This document shows, in pieces, positions 22,666 to 36,505 of a DNA stretch of 64,000 bases (its first letter is position 1; every line of letters starts with the position of its first letter). The position numbers were made by a program, and so were the translations under genes. Source of the stretch: Raja brachyura (lineage: Eukaryota). The stretch spans positions 81,716,001-81,780,000 of the forward strand of contig OY740784.1 in NCBI GenBank assembly GCA_963514005.1, given 5' to 3'. Under the pieces are notes generated by a model. The model did not search any database and was not told the origin of the DNA. It saw only the letters and a program-made list of their open reading frames with translations.

Positions 22666-25605
22666 GTCAAGGACAAGCAGGCTAACACTCTCACAATACT
22701 TAAAAAGTATCTGAACAAGCAGTAGGATTATCATAGATAGGAATGGTCAAAGTGTTAGTAAATGTAATGAATATAGATGCATACTTGTTGGTTAACATGG
22801 ATGTGATAGTGCAAAGAGCCCAGTTCTATACCAAAACTCCTGTCAGATGTCTCTCCCTATTTTTAAATAATTTCTTATCTGCAGAATGTATAACCAATCC
22901 TCTCTTCACATGAGTTCTTCAGGCATTTCTGGTCAGTTAATCTGGAAGAAGAAGTCTCTGAAGTCACCTGGTGTTGTGGTGACTGGGATCCTCGTGGGTC
23001 ACGAGGACATAAATTGGTAATGTTTGGGGTCGGGACTCTTCTTTGGATTAGTTGTATTAGGGGAAGAAAACTGGAAGAGTGGTGGGGACGGGTCAAAGCC
23101 TGGCAAGTGAATAGTGCCAATCATAGTCATTATTTAGACAAATGTATTTGAAAAACTCACTGGAGCAAAATTTAGGATGCCACTTGGGCGAGCTAGTTGC
23201 CAGTGCTGGGAAACATAAAAATCTCACCGTGAATAAAAAAAATACTAAAAACCATCTCTCCAAGAAGTATACACAATATTACAATATTTACCTGCAGCAG
23301 TGCATGGTAAGGGACATGCAGTTATACAGCATAGAAGCAGGACCTTCAACCCAACTCCTCCATTTCAACCAAGTTGCTTTGCTGAGCTAAGTAGATACAT
23401 TTTCATACCAATAACTTTCTCTTCGTTGATTTGGCTTGACCTGATGAATATTCACAGCATTTCCTCCTCTTTTTCATATTTCCAATGCCTGTAACATTTT
23501 ACTAATATCTTCTCATCAAGCTCACAACCAAACTTTTTTCAATAACAATCCTGTGAAGGGGTTGGGATAGTTAACAATATTTAAAGGTACCTTGTGAACA
23601 AAATGTTGCAATACCTCCAAATTCTTTACGTGATTACATGACAACAAGCACATTTTCTCAGCTACCATTTTCATAATCAAGATTGTTGAATTATAAAAGT
23701 TTGTAGCAAACCAAGATACTTGCCTCTTATTGTTCAGAGTGTGAGAGACAGATAAAGCATGGAAACAAGCCCTTCAGCCCATCATATCTGCCTCACCCTT
23801 TTAAACGTTTTCAACCACACATTTAAACTAATCCTACTTTAATCCCACTTTTATATGACTCCACATTCTCATTCCGCCACCTCCTCCCCCCATCCTCACC
23901 CCCAAGAATATATAATTCCCCTAGACATCAAGGATAATTTACATGAACTAACCCACATTTCCTTGGAATGTGGGAGGAAACCAGAGCACCCCAAAAAAAC
24001 TGGGAATGCAGTCACAGGGAGGGTGTGTATTCTCCATATAGACAGCACCTAAACTCAGGATTGAACCCTCGTCTGGTGCTGTTAGGCAGCGGCTCTGAAG
24101 TGTTCCACCCTTTCACCTTACTTTATTAGTAAGTCCTCCTGCTATTTGGAGGACAGTCAATGAGGGAAGACATAACCCAACCCCAAATCTTGCAGCTGCA
24201 ACAACAGTTTGCGCAACTGACTGCAATGATACTGTCACTCGGTCTGATCGGATATCCTGTTTTTTTTTAGTCTGGTTTCAGTTGTTTTCTAGCAGCTTCC
24301 CAGAAAGCAAAAGTGAATGCTTAAAAGATTTTGCTGTCTGAGTTAACTACAATAAATCCTACAGCAGAAAGGAACAGAAATTGCTGATAGGGTGTGAAGA
24401 GGAATGAGAAGACTATAATCAACAATGTTATCCGGTTGCCTAGATTGGCCTCTTCCTGTGTTGTAGACTCAATACTATATACTGTATTACTCAAAAAATG
24501 TAACAACTATATTTGTGCTACTAAATTCTTACTTCTCCACATTAATGAAAAACTGGGTTAAGATTTTTAATTTTGCCTCTTTGTTGAGATTTTTTACCAA
24601 ATGTTGCTATCCACACAACCATGCCTAAATGTTCCTGTGCTGGAAAATGTTGTCACATCCATCCCTTTGCTTGTTGGCACTGTTCCAATATGTACAGCAA
24701 TTATTGCTGTACAACATTGTCCACATAGTCTCAAACATCACTTTAATTAAACAAAACAAGTTGACTAACACACCAATTAAGGTAATTATTGGAGGATGCA
24801 TCTCATTTGAGCAAGGCAGATTGCTATCATCCAGCTCTTTTTTGGAAGACTTCTAAATAAGCATCAACAAAGTCAGACTGGAAGTTGGGTTTAACATTTT
24901 GTCTTGATACTCGCAGATTCCTTAGTTGGTGTAAATGTGCTAAATTTGCTATGACTCATATGTAGAAATTAACTTCTTGGTTGTCCCTCCTGAATGAATG
25001 TCTGGCACCTCTACATTTTTTCATCTTTCTGGTTTAGCAACAGAAACCTTAGATTGTGGTGAGGGTTGGTTGTGGGGGAGAGGTGGGGTAAGAAGGGTGT
25101 GATGCACTAGACACTTGAGGACTGATGTACACAGCAGGGTTGGATTGTTTGATAGCTTGGAATGAGAATGTGGAGTCATATATAAGTGGAATTAAAGTCA
25201 GAGTAATCCTGCTTTGTGCATTGGATATCTTTTAGGTTAGCACAGGACACAACAGTAAAGGGCCTGTCCCACTGCGGCGACCTAATTCGTGACTTTAAGA
25301 GTTTGCCCTCAACTAATACTTGCAGCATGGTCAACACAAGGTCCTAGGAGGCCTTTATAACTCTCCTTCATGCTTGAGAGAAGTCCCCATGTACTCGAGG
25401 CCTCAACTAGGTCGCGCCGTTTTTTTCAGCAATCTGAAAAATGCCCGCGAGTAAAAAAATGTTGCCATGGAAAAAATCGATATTTTTTTACTCGTAGGTT
25501 TAGTCATAGTAGGTCATAATGCTATTGTAGGTAATCAACCAGTAATGTTAAATGCCCACAAAACGTTATTAAAAGTTGTCTGGCTTCTTCAAAGTGTCTC
25601 CACTC

Positions 25606-26067
25606 CTGCTCCCCCCTTCTCTTTCCCCCCCTTCTCTTCCCCCCCCTTCTCTTTCCCCACCCCCCTTCTCTTTCCCCCCTTCTCTTCTCCCCCTTCTCTT
25701 CCCCCACCCCCCTTCTCTTTCCCCACCCCCCTTCTCTTCCCCCCTTCTCTTCCCCCCTTCTCTTCCCCCTTCTCTTCCCCCTTCTCTTCTTCCCCCCTTC
25801 TCTTCTTCCCCCCTTCTCTTCTTCCCCCCTTCTCTTCTTCCCCCTTCTCTTCTTCCCCCCTTCTCTTCTTCCCCCCCTTTTCTTCTTCCCCCCCTTCTCT
25901 TCTCCCCCCCTTCTCTTCTTCCCCCCCTTTTCTTCTTCCCCCCCTTTTCTTCTTCCCTCCCTTCTCTTCTTCCCCCCTTCTCTTCTTCCCCCCCTTCTCT
26001 TCTTCCCCCCTTCTCTTCTCCCCCCCCTTCTCTCCCCCCCCCGTTCTCTTCCCCCCCCCCCTCTCTA
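25606..26067 (+). repeat. Polypyrimidine (CCCCCTTCTCTT-like) minisatellite
   Basis: ~460 bp almost entirely C/T; generates the spurious low-complexity ORFs. Confidence 0.95.
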
Positions 26068-26145
26068 AAGGGCTTACCATAACTGTGCCAGCCGTCCTGT
26101 TCATCACGGGTGTGAATTTCAGACAGCGCTCCCCCGCTTTCCCTG

Positions 26146-26288
26146 NNNNNNNNNNNNNNNNNNNNNNNNNNNNNNNNNNNNNNNNNNNNNNNNNNNNNNN
26201 NNNNNNNNNNNNNNNNNNNNNNNNNNNNNNNNNNNNNNNNNNNNNNNNNNNNNNNNNNNNNNNNNNNNNNNNNNNNNNNNNNNNNNNN
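26146..26288. other. Assembly gap
   Basis: Run of N. Confidence 1.
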
Positions 26289-26649
26289 GATTTCATCGCT
26301 GATGGTCGATCCAGCTCGAGGTTTTTCAAGCGAGTGCCCTCGAGCTTGAAGGTCAAAGACAGTTGCTGAAAAGTCGCATTAGTGGGACAGGCCCTTAATG
26401 ATACTTGAGAAAAAAAATTGTGGCGTGTAAAAGAGTTGTTTATTCCGTTGATCCTGTTTATTATAAAATGATTGGGAAATTGAATATAAAGATCATTTGA
26501 CACCTGTCAATATTCATTCACTGGGGCATCGAATAATCTATTTGTCCTTCTATAGGCAGGGAGAGGTGAGGGCAGAAACTGCATCACGGAAGTTGTCTTT
26601 TTGTGGAATTGAAGTCAGATTTTGGGTGAAAAATAAGAGTAATAGAGTC

Positions 26650-27045
26650 AAACAGTAAGGAAACAGGCCCTTGGCCAAACTCGTTTATGTCGACCAAGAT
26701 ACTCGATCTAAGCTAGTCCATTTTGCTAATGTTTAGCCCAGATCCCTCTTACCCTTTCTTATCCATATACATGTCCAAATGTCTTTTAAATGTTGTTGTT
26801 GTAATTACCTCAATTACTTTCCTGAACAGCTCATTCCATATAATGCATCAACCTCTGTTTAAAGAAGTCCCACTCAAATTCGTATTAAATCTTTCCCCTC
26901 TCGTGTTATACCCATGCAATCTAGTTCTTGAATCTCTTACCATGGGAAATAGACTATGTGCATTCACCTTATCTATGCCCTTCATGATATTATACACCTC
27001 TATCAGATCACCCCTCAGCCTCCTGCGCTCCAAGGATTAAAGTCC
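26650..27045 (-). mobile_element. CR1 LINE 3' fragment
   Basis: ORF 26848-27033 ERRRLRGDLIEVYNIMKGIDKVN..SRTR. Confidence 0.9.
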
Positions 27046-28689
27046 TAACGCGTTGAAGTCTCCAAGAATACATCAAAGTGGAGTTAGTACAATAAATTTG
27101 GCCTCAACGATGTGCTGAAATAGATAGGAAAAGTTCAGCTGTATTAACCTTTCTACCACTTTCCAATAGAGATTTGTGAATCCACAATGTCATCAGATGT
27201 AATAGAAACCAGAGTGGCATGCTGGAAGAGATTGAAGGAGATATTGTTGCAAAAGTTGAATTTTAATGAAATGAATGGTTTTGTCTTTGCACATCACCAA
27301 CACTGACGCCCAGACACTATGGTGCGCAGATTGCACTGTGTATAATTCTACGAGATCCTGCTCTCTTGATCATGGACTACCTGGTCAGTCCTAAGGCCAA
27401 CTATGTCCTCTGATTAGAATATTTAATGTTAAAGGAAACAGCCTCTCACCATCCACCTTGTCAATCCGTTTTGTACAGCTTGGATAGATCGCACCCCCTC
27501 CTTCTAAATTGCAGTGAGTTGGACTGGTCTTAACAAAATCATTCACAGAATTATACATTCATAGAGACATAGCTTTTATCCTGCTGTTATCTGACTTCTG
27601 AATGGACTTCTCAGAAGTTTAGAGTGTATTCCCGTACCCCAATCTACCTTGTTGGGGCCCTTGTACTTTTCTTTTATCTGCACATTCTCTGCAGCTGTAA
27701 CACTGTATTCTGCCCTCTTTTCCCTTCCTCAACTACCTGTTGAACTTACATTTAACTTTGTTTGTAATTATGTATTAATTTTTTTCTTGAAGAGCATGCA
27801 AAAACAAAACTCTTCACTGCATCTCAGTACATGTGACAATAGAAGATAAAATGTAGAACAGTACAGCCCAGAAACAGGTCCTCTGGCCCTAAATGTCATG
27901 CTGAACATGATGCTAAGATAAACTAATCTCATCTGTCTGCATTTGATCCGTATCCCTCCATTCCCTGCATAGCGGGTTGAGTTACTCCAGCATTTTGTGT
28001 CTACCTTCGATTTAAACCAGCACCTGCAGTTCTTTCCTACACATGTCAAGAGCCAAGTGAGTCAACAGTGTTTAATTGTTATATGTACCAAAAACAGAAC
28101 ACTGAAATGCTTACTTGCAGCAGCATAATGGGTCTGTAAACACATTACTCATGACTAACATAATAAACAAAAGTTCAATAAATTACAAACCCCAAAATTA
28201 ATCCCAGCTAAGACAGTCCATAGTTCATAGTTCAGTTGGTGTTTGTAGTATTCAATAAATTGATGGTTGTTGGGAAGAAACTGGAGGTCATGTGTCTATT
28301 GAGAAGGAAATTCCCACACCAGCCACTCCAGGGGACCTGTGGATTGCCAGGATTTGAACCTGCACCAGGAAACTCCAATGGATTTCCAGTCCATCACCTT
28401 CACCATGCTAAGAAGCAAAGTTTTCTAGTTGTTGGGAGAAAAAAGACTGTATCCTGCAAATAGTATGGGAATCATTTGAGTGGACCTGATGTCTCATTGG
28501 AAGCTTTAACTTGCTGAAAGGAAAAAGAGCAAATATAAGTAATACCCCAGTCATCCTCCCATTTTGTGCTTTTTTTTGTAAACCTGCATCAACTGTTCCT
28601 TGTTTCTAAAGGTAATACCTAATGTTTATCAGCCCACCCTGGAAAAATGTATAGTGTTCTCATAGGAATTCTGGCCTGGTAACCGATCA

Positions 28690-28910
28690 AAATGGAGAAA
28701 GAATAATCTTGATGACACTGAGCATCTTGAAGATGGAGAAAACAGGAATCCAATAAATATGGTGAGAGCAGCACCCCATTTACCTTCCCACCCATCTGGT
28801 CTGTTAAGCACCTCCTGTTCTACCTGTGGCAAAGTGCATCTTCCATACTGGCCTCATCAGTCATCTTGGAAGTGACACAATAGGAAAGGAAGCTATTCAT
28901 CCTCAACCCC
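28690..28910 (+). mobile_element. Old RTE LINE 3' remnant
   Basis: CACCTCCTGTTCTACCTGTGGCAAAG..ATACTGGCCTCATCAGTCATCTT (TSCSTCGK..GLISHL). Confidence 0.55.
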
Positions 28911-30339
28911 CAAGAACTAAGAGGAAGAAAATAAAACATGTGTTATCATTAATTAAATCCTGCAAGGCATTTAATGTGCAATAGCAAATGGTCCTACGTT
29001 TCCTTAAAGCACACAAATACTAGGATCAATTTACAGACCCAGAATGGCCATGTAAAATCATTAAATCACATAATAGAATAATTGATACTCAATGTGAACA
29101 TGAGCCCAATTTGTGGAGAAACAATCTATTTTAACAGCCTCCATTAAAAAGAAGACATTTGAAAGGAAAGATCTCAGCCTGTGATCAAGTGTCACCAAAC
29201 AGACAGGAAGATATAAAATAAATTAATATTTTCTCATTATGCTATTCATTTTTCAAACACAGAGTAAATCAGATTCAGATAGATGGGAAACAGATTTCAC
29301 TTAACTTCAAGTATGCAACATTTCAAGTGTAGTCAGTCAGACATGACCGTGAAACATTTGATTTGGATTGATATTACCTTATTAATGTGTACTCTCACTA
29401 GAACATCTGGCGAGGATGCACCCAGAGTTCTCTGTGTTCAGATCTGTTCTGCTTTGTCAGGAGACAGGTCAGAGAAGGTCCGTCAGGTAATTACACGGGT
29501 TGAAGGGGTTGTCTTAAGCGGAGCAATTGAATAGTTTGTGGACGGGAAACTTAATTGAAATGTGGAAGATTTTGGGGAGCTTAGCAAAGTGGATGCTGAG
29601 AAGAGGCTTCTCCTTTTGAAGGAACATACAAGGCTTTGGGATAAATAGATGCTCACTTATGACATAAAAAAAGATGAATTCCTTCTCTCCAAGAGATGAG
29701 AATGTTTGATAAAATACCCCAGAAGCATAGAAACATAGAAAATAGGTGCAGGAGTAGGCCATTCAGCTATCCGGCCCTTCAAACCAGCACCACCATTCAA
29801 TATGATCATGGATGATCATCCAAAATCAGTACCCTGTTTCTGCTTTCTCCCCAAATCCCTTGATTTTGTTAGCCCTAAGAGCTATATCTAATGCTTCCTT
29901 GAATAGAGAGGTGAACGTTTTGAATGTATTCAAAACATTTTCATTTTTGGATTAACAGGGATCATCGTTGTGTGGAAGTGGTGAGAAAATGCAATTGAGG
30001 CCAAGGTCAGATGAGCCATTACTGAATAAGGAAGCAGGTTCAAGAATCGCATGCCCCACATGTTCCTGCTCTCCATCTTCTTCGAGCTCATTATCGAAGA
30101 AGGCAGGAACGGGGTACTGATTGGGGATGATCAGCCATGATCACATTGAATGGTGGTGCTGGCTCGAAGGGCCAAATAGCCTACTTGTGCACCTATTGTC
30201 TATTGTCTATTATGGGATATGTGTAACATGATGTATCAATGTTTTACTGTATGACCGACCCAGCACGAGGGGGACTTGGCTTTGAATAGAATCTGAGCGC
30301 AGCTGCTCTCTGTCTAGAAAATAAAGGAAAATCCCAAAT

Positions 30340-31085
30340 TGACTTCAGGATGTGAGGTGGAGAATATGCCACAATCCGCATCAACGGTGCCGAACTGGAG
30401 ATGGTCGAGAGCTTCAAGTATCTTGGCTTAAATAACACCAGTAATGTGTTCTGGACCAACCACATAGAACCTGCAGACAAAAGACCACACCAATTCTTCT
30501 ACCTCTTCAGTGGATGATGGAAGTTTAGCACATTCCCAACACGCCCTACCAACTTCTACAGACGCACCATTTAAAGAATCCTAATTTGATGCATCACAGC
30601 TTGGTTTGGCAAAAGCTCTGCCTACGACTGCAGGATATTGCAGAGCTACGAATATAGCTCAATGGCATGCTTTCTATGGTGCATCCTATACTTCATGCTG
30701 CCTGAGGAAAGCAGCCAATATAGTCAAGAGACTTTTTCACCCTGGTCATTCCCTCCTCCACTCTCCTGTTGGGCAGAAGATACAGAAACCTGAAAGCATA
30801 TGCTAGCAGAATCAGGGCATCTTCTTCCCCGCTGTTAGTAAAGTGCTGAACTATCCTCTCATAAGCTAGGTGTAGTCCTGATCTTCCAACCTACCTCACT
30901 GTGGATGTTGAACGTTTCTTTGCAACTGTGATGCTGTAACACTGCACTCCAGCATTTTTCTCTTTGCACTCACCACCTGTTGTACTTGTGCATGACTTTA
31001 TTGTACTCAAATATTGTATGATTTGACTGGATAGCATGCAAAGCTTTTCACTGTATGTTGGTACATGTGACAATAATAAACCAAT
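30340..31085 (+). mobile_element. Rex1/Babar-type LINE 3' fragment
   Basis: INGAELEMVESFKYLG..; homologous to 5125-5825; ends TGTGACAATAATAAA. Confidence 0.85.
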
Positions 31086-31939
31086 GCAAATACCAAATGC
31101 GATTGTGACCATAAACTCACTGACTGTCGAACAGCACACTGGCATGTTAACCAGGAACTGCTTCAAGCCAGCCTCTGCTTTTCCCACACACATAAGGCTA
31201 CCAACTGGCAAACTAAACTACCCATCCCATGAATATGGTTTCAAAAACCGCACACAAACTCAGACATTTGTATTAAGTGCTTGTCAAAACAGTCTGAATT
31301 CCTATTTGCTTTAATAGAGTATAGTTTCATCCGTTAGATTTATGCTGTAATAAGATGTCATAGTCTGTTTTTGTTCAAGATTGCACCCTGCTGATGTTTC
31401 CAGGCAGAAAGAAAATAACCTTTTAGTTAAACACCCTTCTGTACAGAACTAGAGTTACAATGGTGGCATTGAGCCTGATATGATCAGGATCTTCAGTCTG
31501 AAGCACTGACAGTTAAAGAGAGGGAGGGGGATTAAAGCGAGCACTCAGAAGATGGGAAACCAACATTTAACCAACAAGAAATAAGTAAATAAGATTTGAG
31601 GATGACAAAATTATTGAACACAACTGCATGGAAGTAGTTATTGTCAGATTATGACCAGGTGTGCACTAACATTGCATTTTCCGATCTCTCGTTGAATTTG
31701 GATTTTATAATCATGCCTGTAAAACTCTCTTTCTGAGAACATCTTGTTCTGAGTTGCACATGACTCGATTGCAATGGACAAACTGTATAGAGAGCCCCTT
31801 TGCTGTATTTTATTTCAATACATTCTGGTGAAGTGAGTCGATACAGGTTTTGTGGTATGGCTTGTCAACTTCAATACCTCCAATATGAATCGCTAAAATA
31901 ATGCAGCTGTGTGCAATGTCACTTGTGGCACTTCAGGTT

Positions 31940-32100
31940 CGAAGGTAATGGGTTCAAGCTCCACTCCAGAGGGTTGAGCATAGAAATTAAAGCTGTTACT
32001 CCAGTGTTCAAGAAATGCCGCACTGCAAAAGATGAAATGTTAAATTGAGGCCCAGGATGATATTTCAGGTTAATGCAAGAAATCATACTATGAAGGGATA
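31940..32100 (+). mobile_element. Ancient Deu/SacSINE1-like SINE head
   Basis: GGGTTCAAGCTCCACTCCAGAG..GATGAAATGTTAAATTGAGGCCC. Confidence 0.55.
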
Positions 32101-33409
32101 AAACATGATTTATATTTAAATGATTTAATCGCTCCTTGCAAACTTGGTTCATCCTTGCCCTTTAAGGAGTTGCACTAATTCTAGCTGGAATATGGCTGAA
32201 TGTTTAAGGCTCATCATCCTTTTAATCCTTCTTGCACCATCATCCTTTTAATTCTTCTTTCCATACATTGGATTACACAGTTTCCTATTACCTCTGACCT
32301 CCCCTCCTTAAAACGCATTTACTTTGATCCTGAAGAAGGGTCCTGACCAGATAGGTCACCTATCCATGTTCTCCAGAGATGCTGCTTCACCTGCAGTTAC
32401 TCCAGCACTTTGTGTCCTTTTGTGTAATCCAACATCTGCAGTTCCTTTTTTCGATACTTTGAGCCTTGCTTGTTAATGATAAAAAGTTATTGACCTGAAG
32501 CATTCACTCTACTGATCTCCATGGATACAGACTGCTCTTCAAAGCATTTTCTGCATCATTGCAATTTTTCACCTTCCCCCTTCCACAATAGCTTATTTTG
32601 ATAATATTTAAGTCAATATTAAGTGGTTGTGGGCCGAAGAGGTTGCAATGCCATTCTCTTCATGAACAAATACCTGCCATGAACAAATATTTTAACTTTA
32701 AGAGGAGGGAGTAAGTAAGAGTGAGACCAGAGGCAGAAGATCCAAGAGACTACTTTGGCATGTGGCTACCAAATGTGTATGATACAGTGGTGTCTTTAAG
32801 ATAGTGTACAGTCTTGAATTATTGCTAACAAAAGCAGTCATTGAAGGAGGGTATGGTTTTTCAAGCATTAATGTACACTTTTTACCACAGCTTATGCAAA
32901 GACATTAGATGTAACACCCTAATTCTGTGTCATACTGGACTTTTTTAATGTATTTGTGTGACGAGTGGTTCTTAGCTCTGTTTATGTATATAATCGTCCT
33001 CTGGAGAATCCCCCTGTACTAAAGGACTGCATGTCTGGTGCCTATTGATCTGAAGTGGATTTGATTTTCTTTCACTGTTTACGCGGCGCCTTTTTCCTGA
33101 AGCTGGCCTTGTTTCCAGTGAACTGTATCAGTTACAGTCTGACCATCTCTCCATCCCGGACTGGGGAAAGGGCAGACACATAATGGAAACAAGGAGCTGG
33201 AATCGATCTGCTTACCCTGGACGAACTGAGCCACTCCAATTTCCTGATGGACTCAAGTGGACAAAACGAGGGTCAGCGCTCTCACTTGTCAATACAATGC
33301 TGTCTCCATGCAAGGTCATCAATCCTCATGGATTGCCTAGAGCTTACTTGGAGTGTAAAGCTATTCTTTGGAACAGTGCTAAAACCTTGACTTCATTTTG
33401 TAATCCAGG

Positions 33410-33830
33410 TTGTGGCGCAGCTGGTAGAGCTTCTCACCACAGTGCCAGAAACCCTGGTTGATTCCTTGAATGCTGTCTGTGTGGAATTTACATGTTCTCC
33501 CTGGGAACCTATGGGTTTCCTTCCACATCCGGCTTTCCCCCACATTCCAAAGATGTGCAGATTTCTAGATTAATTGGCCTCTTGAAATTGCCCCTCGTAT
33601 GCCGTGAGTGGATGAGAAACTGTGTTTGATCCTGACAACAAGCACTATCTGTACGGAGCGTGTATGTGTTCTTTGTAAGCATTCTGCAAAGATGTGCAGG
33701 TTTGTAGATTAATTGGATTCTGAAAATTGTCCCTAGTGGGCAGGATAGAACCAGTGCATGGGTGATTGTAGGTCACCATGGATGCGGTGGGCCGAAGGGC
33801 ATATTTCCACACTGTATCATTAAACTAAAA
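33410..33830 (+). mobile_element. Two tandem V-SINE copies
   Basis: Head GTGGCGCAGCTGGTAGAG and duplicated V-domain. Confidence 0.75.
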
Positions 33831-33904
33831 ATTAAGCATCCCCCATTGATCTGTTAGGGCAGTAGATTAATATTAATAGATCTATGTCCTTAATAAGGGA
33901 GGAG

Positions 33905-34140
33905 GTGCTATGCTTCATAACCAACCTTTCAAAGCATTTAATCACCACAGACATTAGAGTCACTGGTCAGTAGTCATTGAGACATGTCACCTTATTCTTC
34001 TTGGGAATGTATTATTGATGTCCTTTTAAAGCAGGTGGGAATCTTCGACCTTAGTACTGAGAGTTTGAATATATCCGCAAAACCTCCAGCTTGTTGCACT
34101 GCACAGAATTTAAGAGCATGGTACACCATCGGGACCAGAC
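33905..34140 (-). mobile_element. Rex/Babar RT-region remnant
   Basis: Minus-strand translation CLNDY*PVTLMSVVIKCFERLV. Confidence 0.7.
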
Positions 34141-34299
34141 ATTCTGACATTGGTTGGCTGAGATTATCATGTCATAGGAGGAACTAGGATGTTCTCCCTT
34201 TGGAAGCAAGCACAGAAACCATTAAGCTCGTCCAGAATGATGCCTCCCTGCCATTTATTGTTCCACATAAAAATGCAAGCATTCCTAAAAACCAACCAC

Positions 34300-35232
34300 C
34301 AGTTTAGTTTAGAGGCACAGCACAGAAACTTCGGCCCACCGGGTTCACACCGGCTATATCGATCACTCATTCACACTAGTTCTATCTTATACCACTTTTG
34401 CATCCACAGTTGGAGTAATTTACAGAGGCCAATTAACTGACAAACCTCCATGTCTTAAGGATGTGGGAGGAAACTGCTTCATCTAAAGAAAACAAATGCG
34501 GTCACTGGGAGAACCTTTACTTTAGTTTACCTTACTTTACAGTGCAAAAACAGGCCCTTCCACCAACAATCACCCATACACTAGCACTATCCCTACACAT
34601 TAGGGACAATTTCCAATGTTACCAAAGACAATTAACCTACAAACCTGCACATCATTGGATAGTGGAGGGAAACCAGAGCAGCTGGAGATAACCTACGCAG
34701 TCACTGAAAGAGCACGCAATCTCCACATAGACAGCACCCAAGGACAGGGTCTCTGGTGCTAAACTTTACAATAGGTTTAGGATTGCTTGGAATGTTAGTT
34801 CCAAGACTGCTGGCTAGGTTGCAGCAACAATCTCTCAATCATATCCTAATATTAGTCTCCATTGGTCCAAGAACATGGCTGCCCGGAAAAAAAAGTATGA
34901 CTGATTGATTTTTATTAAAGTTATTAGAAGTCGGGGAACATAGGTGGAAAGATGTAGATGGGTAGATTGATTGAAAGATGCAACTTGGAAACTAGTTCTA
35001 TGTTATCCCACTTTCACATTTACTCCCTACACATTTGGGGCAATTTACAGAGATCAATTAACCTACAAACTCACACATCTTTGCGAAATGGAAGGAAACT
35101 GGAGCATTGCAAGAAACCCATACTGTCACAGGGAGAACACACAAACTCCACACAAACAGCATCCGGGGACCTGATTAAATCTGGTTCTCTGGTGCAGTGG
35201 CAGCAGCTCTACCAGCTGTGTCACTGTGCCAC
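34300..35232 (-). mobile_element. Cluster of three V-SINE copies
   Basis: Repeated reverse-complement V-domain/tail at ~34300-34515, 34520-34760 and 34975-35232. Confidence 0.75.
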
Positions 35233-35245
35233 CACTAAAGAGATA

Positions 35246-35761
35246 AGGGCCTGTCCCACTTAGGCGATGTTTATCGGCAACAGCCGGAAAATAGGCTGTC
35301 GCCACATGGTCACGGTAGTAATGTGGGGTGACGCGGGCTGATTTTGAAATGTTCAAAACCTTTCGGCGACAGCGGGCTTGAAGTTGCCTGTCTTCTCCTG
35401 GTGCTGTCGTAGGTTGTCGTAGGTTGGCGTCAGGATGACGCCAGGTGACGTGGATTGTCGCCGGGTGCTGGCTTCAGTGAATTCCATTGGTGACTACCTA
35501 CGTCAACCTACGTCAACCGGCGACAGGTATCGCAAATGAATTGTCTTCAGTTGTTGCCGGCAGCTTGTTGTATCTTGTCGGGGGTGGGTGTAAGTTGAGT
35601 TTAGTTGTCATAGGCTGTCGTCTGTGTGGTCGCAGATTGACGTCGACTAGGTGGTAGCTTGTTGTAGACATTGTCGTAGGGTGGGTCTGGAGAAGCCGGT
35701 TTTTCTGTGTCCCACAACGACTGTGACTGTCGCCTAAAAATCGCGAAAGTGGGACAGGCGT
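35246..35761. mobile_element. PIF/Harbinger-type MITE #6
   Basis: AGGGCCTGTCCCACT ... AGTGGGACAGGCGT; degenerate ATA/TTA flanks; GTCGTAG repeats. Confidence 0.85.
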
Positions 35762-36194
35762 TTATTATTCAGATGAGTTATGATCCTATTAAATGGGAGT
35801 GAGGTTGTACACTTTCATTTCACTTTCACTTTCCTCTAGATTTTCAAAGAATTACATTATTTTCCAAAATGTTCTTGAAAGATTTAATTTTATAAAAAAT
35901 ATTGGGATTAAAGGAAGTAATTGACGGGGCAGGATTGATAGATCATGGGTCATGCAATGATGGTCCTACATTGTGTTTGCTGGGAGTTAATGAACAGGGA
36001 AAAGGGTTATATGAGCTGGAAAGTAGGTGAATTTTAAAATGGTCTCTAGGAGTCCTGCAAAGCTCCAATATATTAGTGCTCAAAGCTCTGTTGGATTTCG
36101 ACAAGGTGCACATTCTCCATTGTATTTATATTGTAAACAGTGAGGTATCCCCCCATTCAGGCAACCTTAAAGCAATTAGCAAGGTTTCAGTTGA

Positions 36195-36505
36195 TTAGTT
36201 TAGTTTAGAGATACAGCATGGAAACAGGCCCTTCAGCCCACTGAGTGCACGCCAACCATTAATCACCTGTTCACACTAGTTCTATGCTGTCCCGCTTTCT
36301 CATAAACTCCCTACACATTAAAAGGCAAATTCTATTGTAGCCAATTAACATAAAAACCTTTGTGTCTTTGGGATGTAGGAAGAAACCGGAGCACCAGGAG
36401 AAAACCCACGCAGTCACATGGAGAACAGGCAAACTCCACACATTCCGTACCTGAGGTCAGGATTGAATCTGGTGCTGTGAGGCAGCAACTCTAACAGCAG
36501 TGCTG
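36195..36505 (-). mobile_element. V-SINE (HE1-like)
   Basis: (TTTAG)n tail, V-domain and head on minus strand. Confidence 0.85.

Larger units (their letters stand above)
25259..26395. mobile_element. PIF/Harbinger-type MITE #5 (spans an assembly gap)
   Basis: TAA|AGGGCCTGTCCCACT ... AGTGGGACAGGCCCT|TAA, perfect 15-bp TIR. Confidence 0.9.

Noticed and set aside
25467-26503. Long Pro/Ser/Phe- and Gly/Glu/Lys-rich ORFs
   Set aside because: Translations of the polypyrimidine minisatellite and the N gap inside a MITE.
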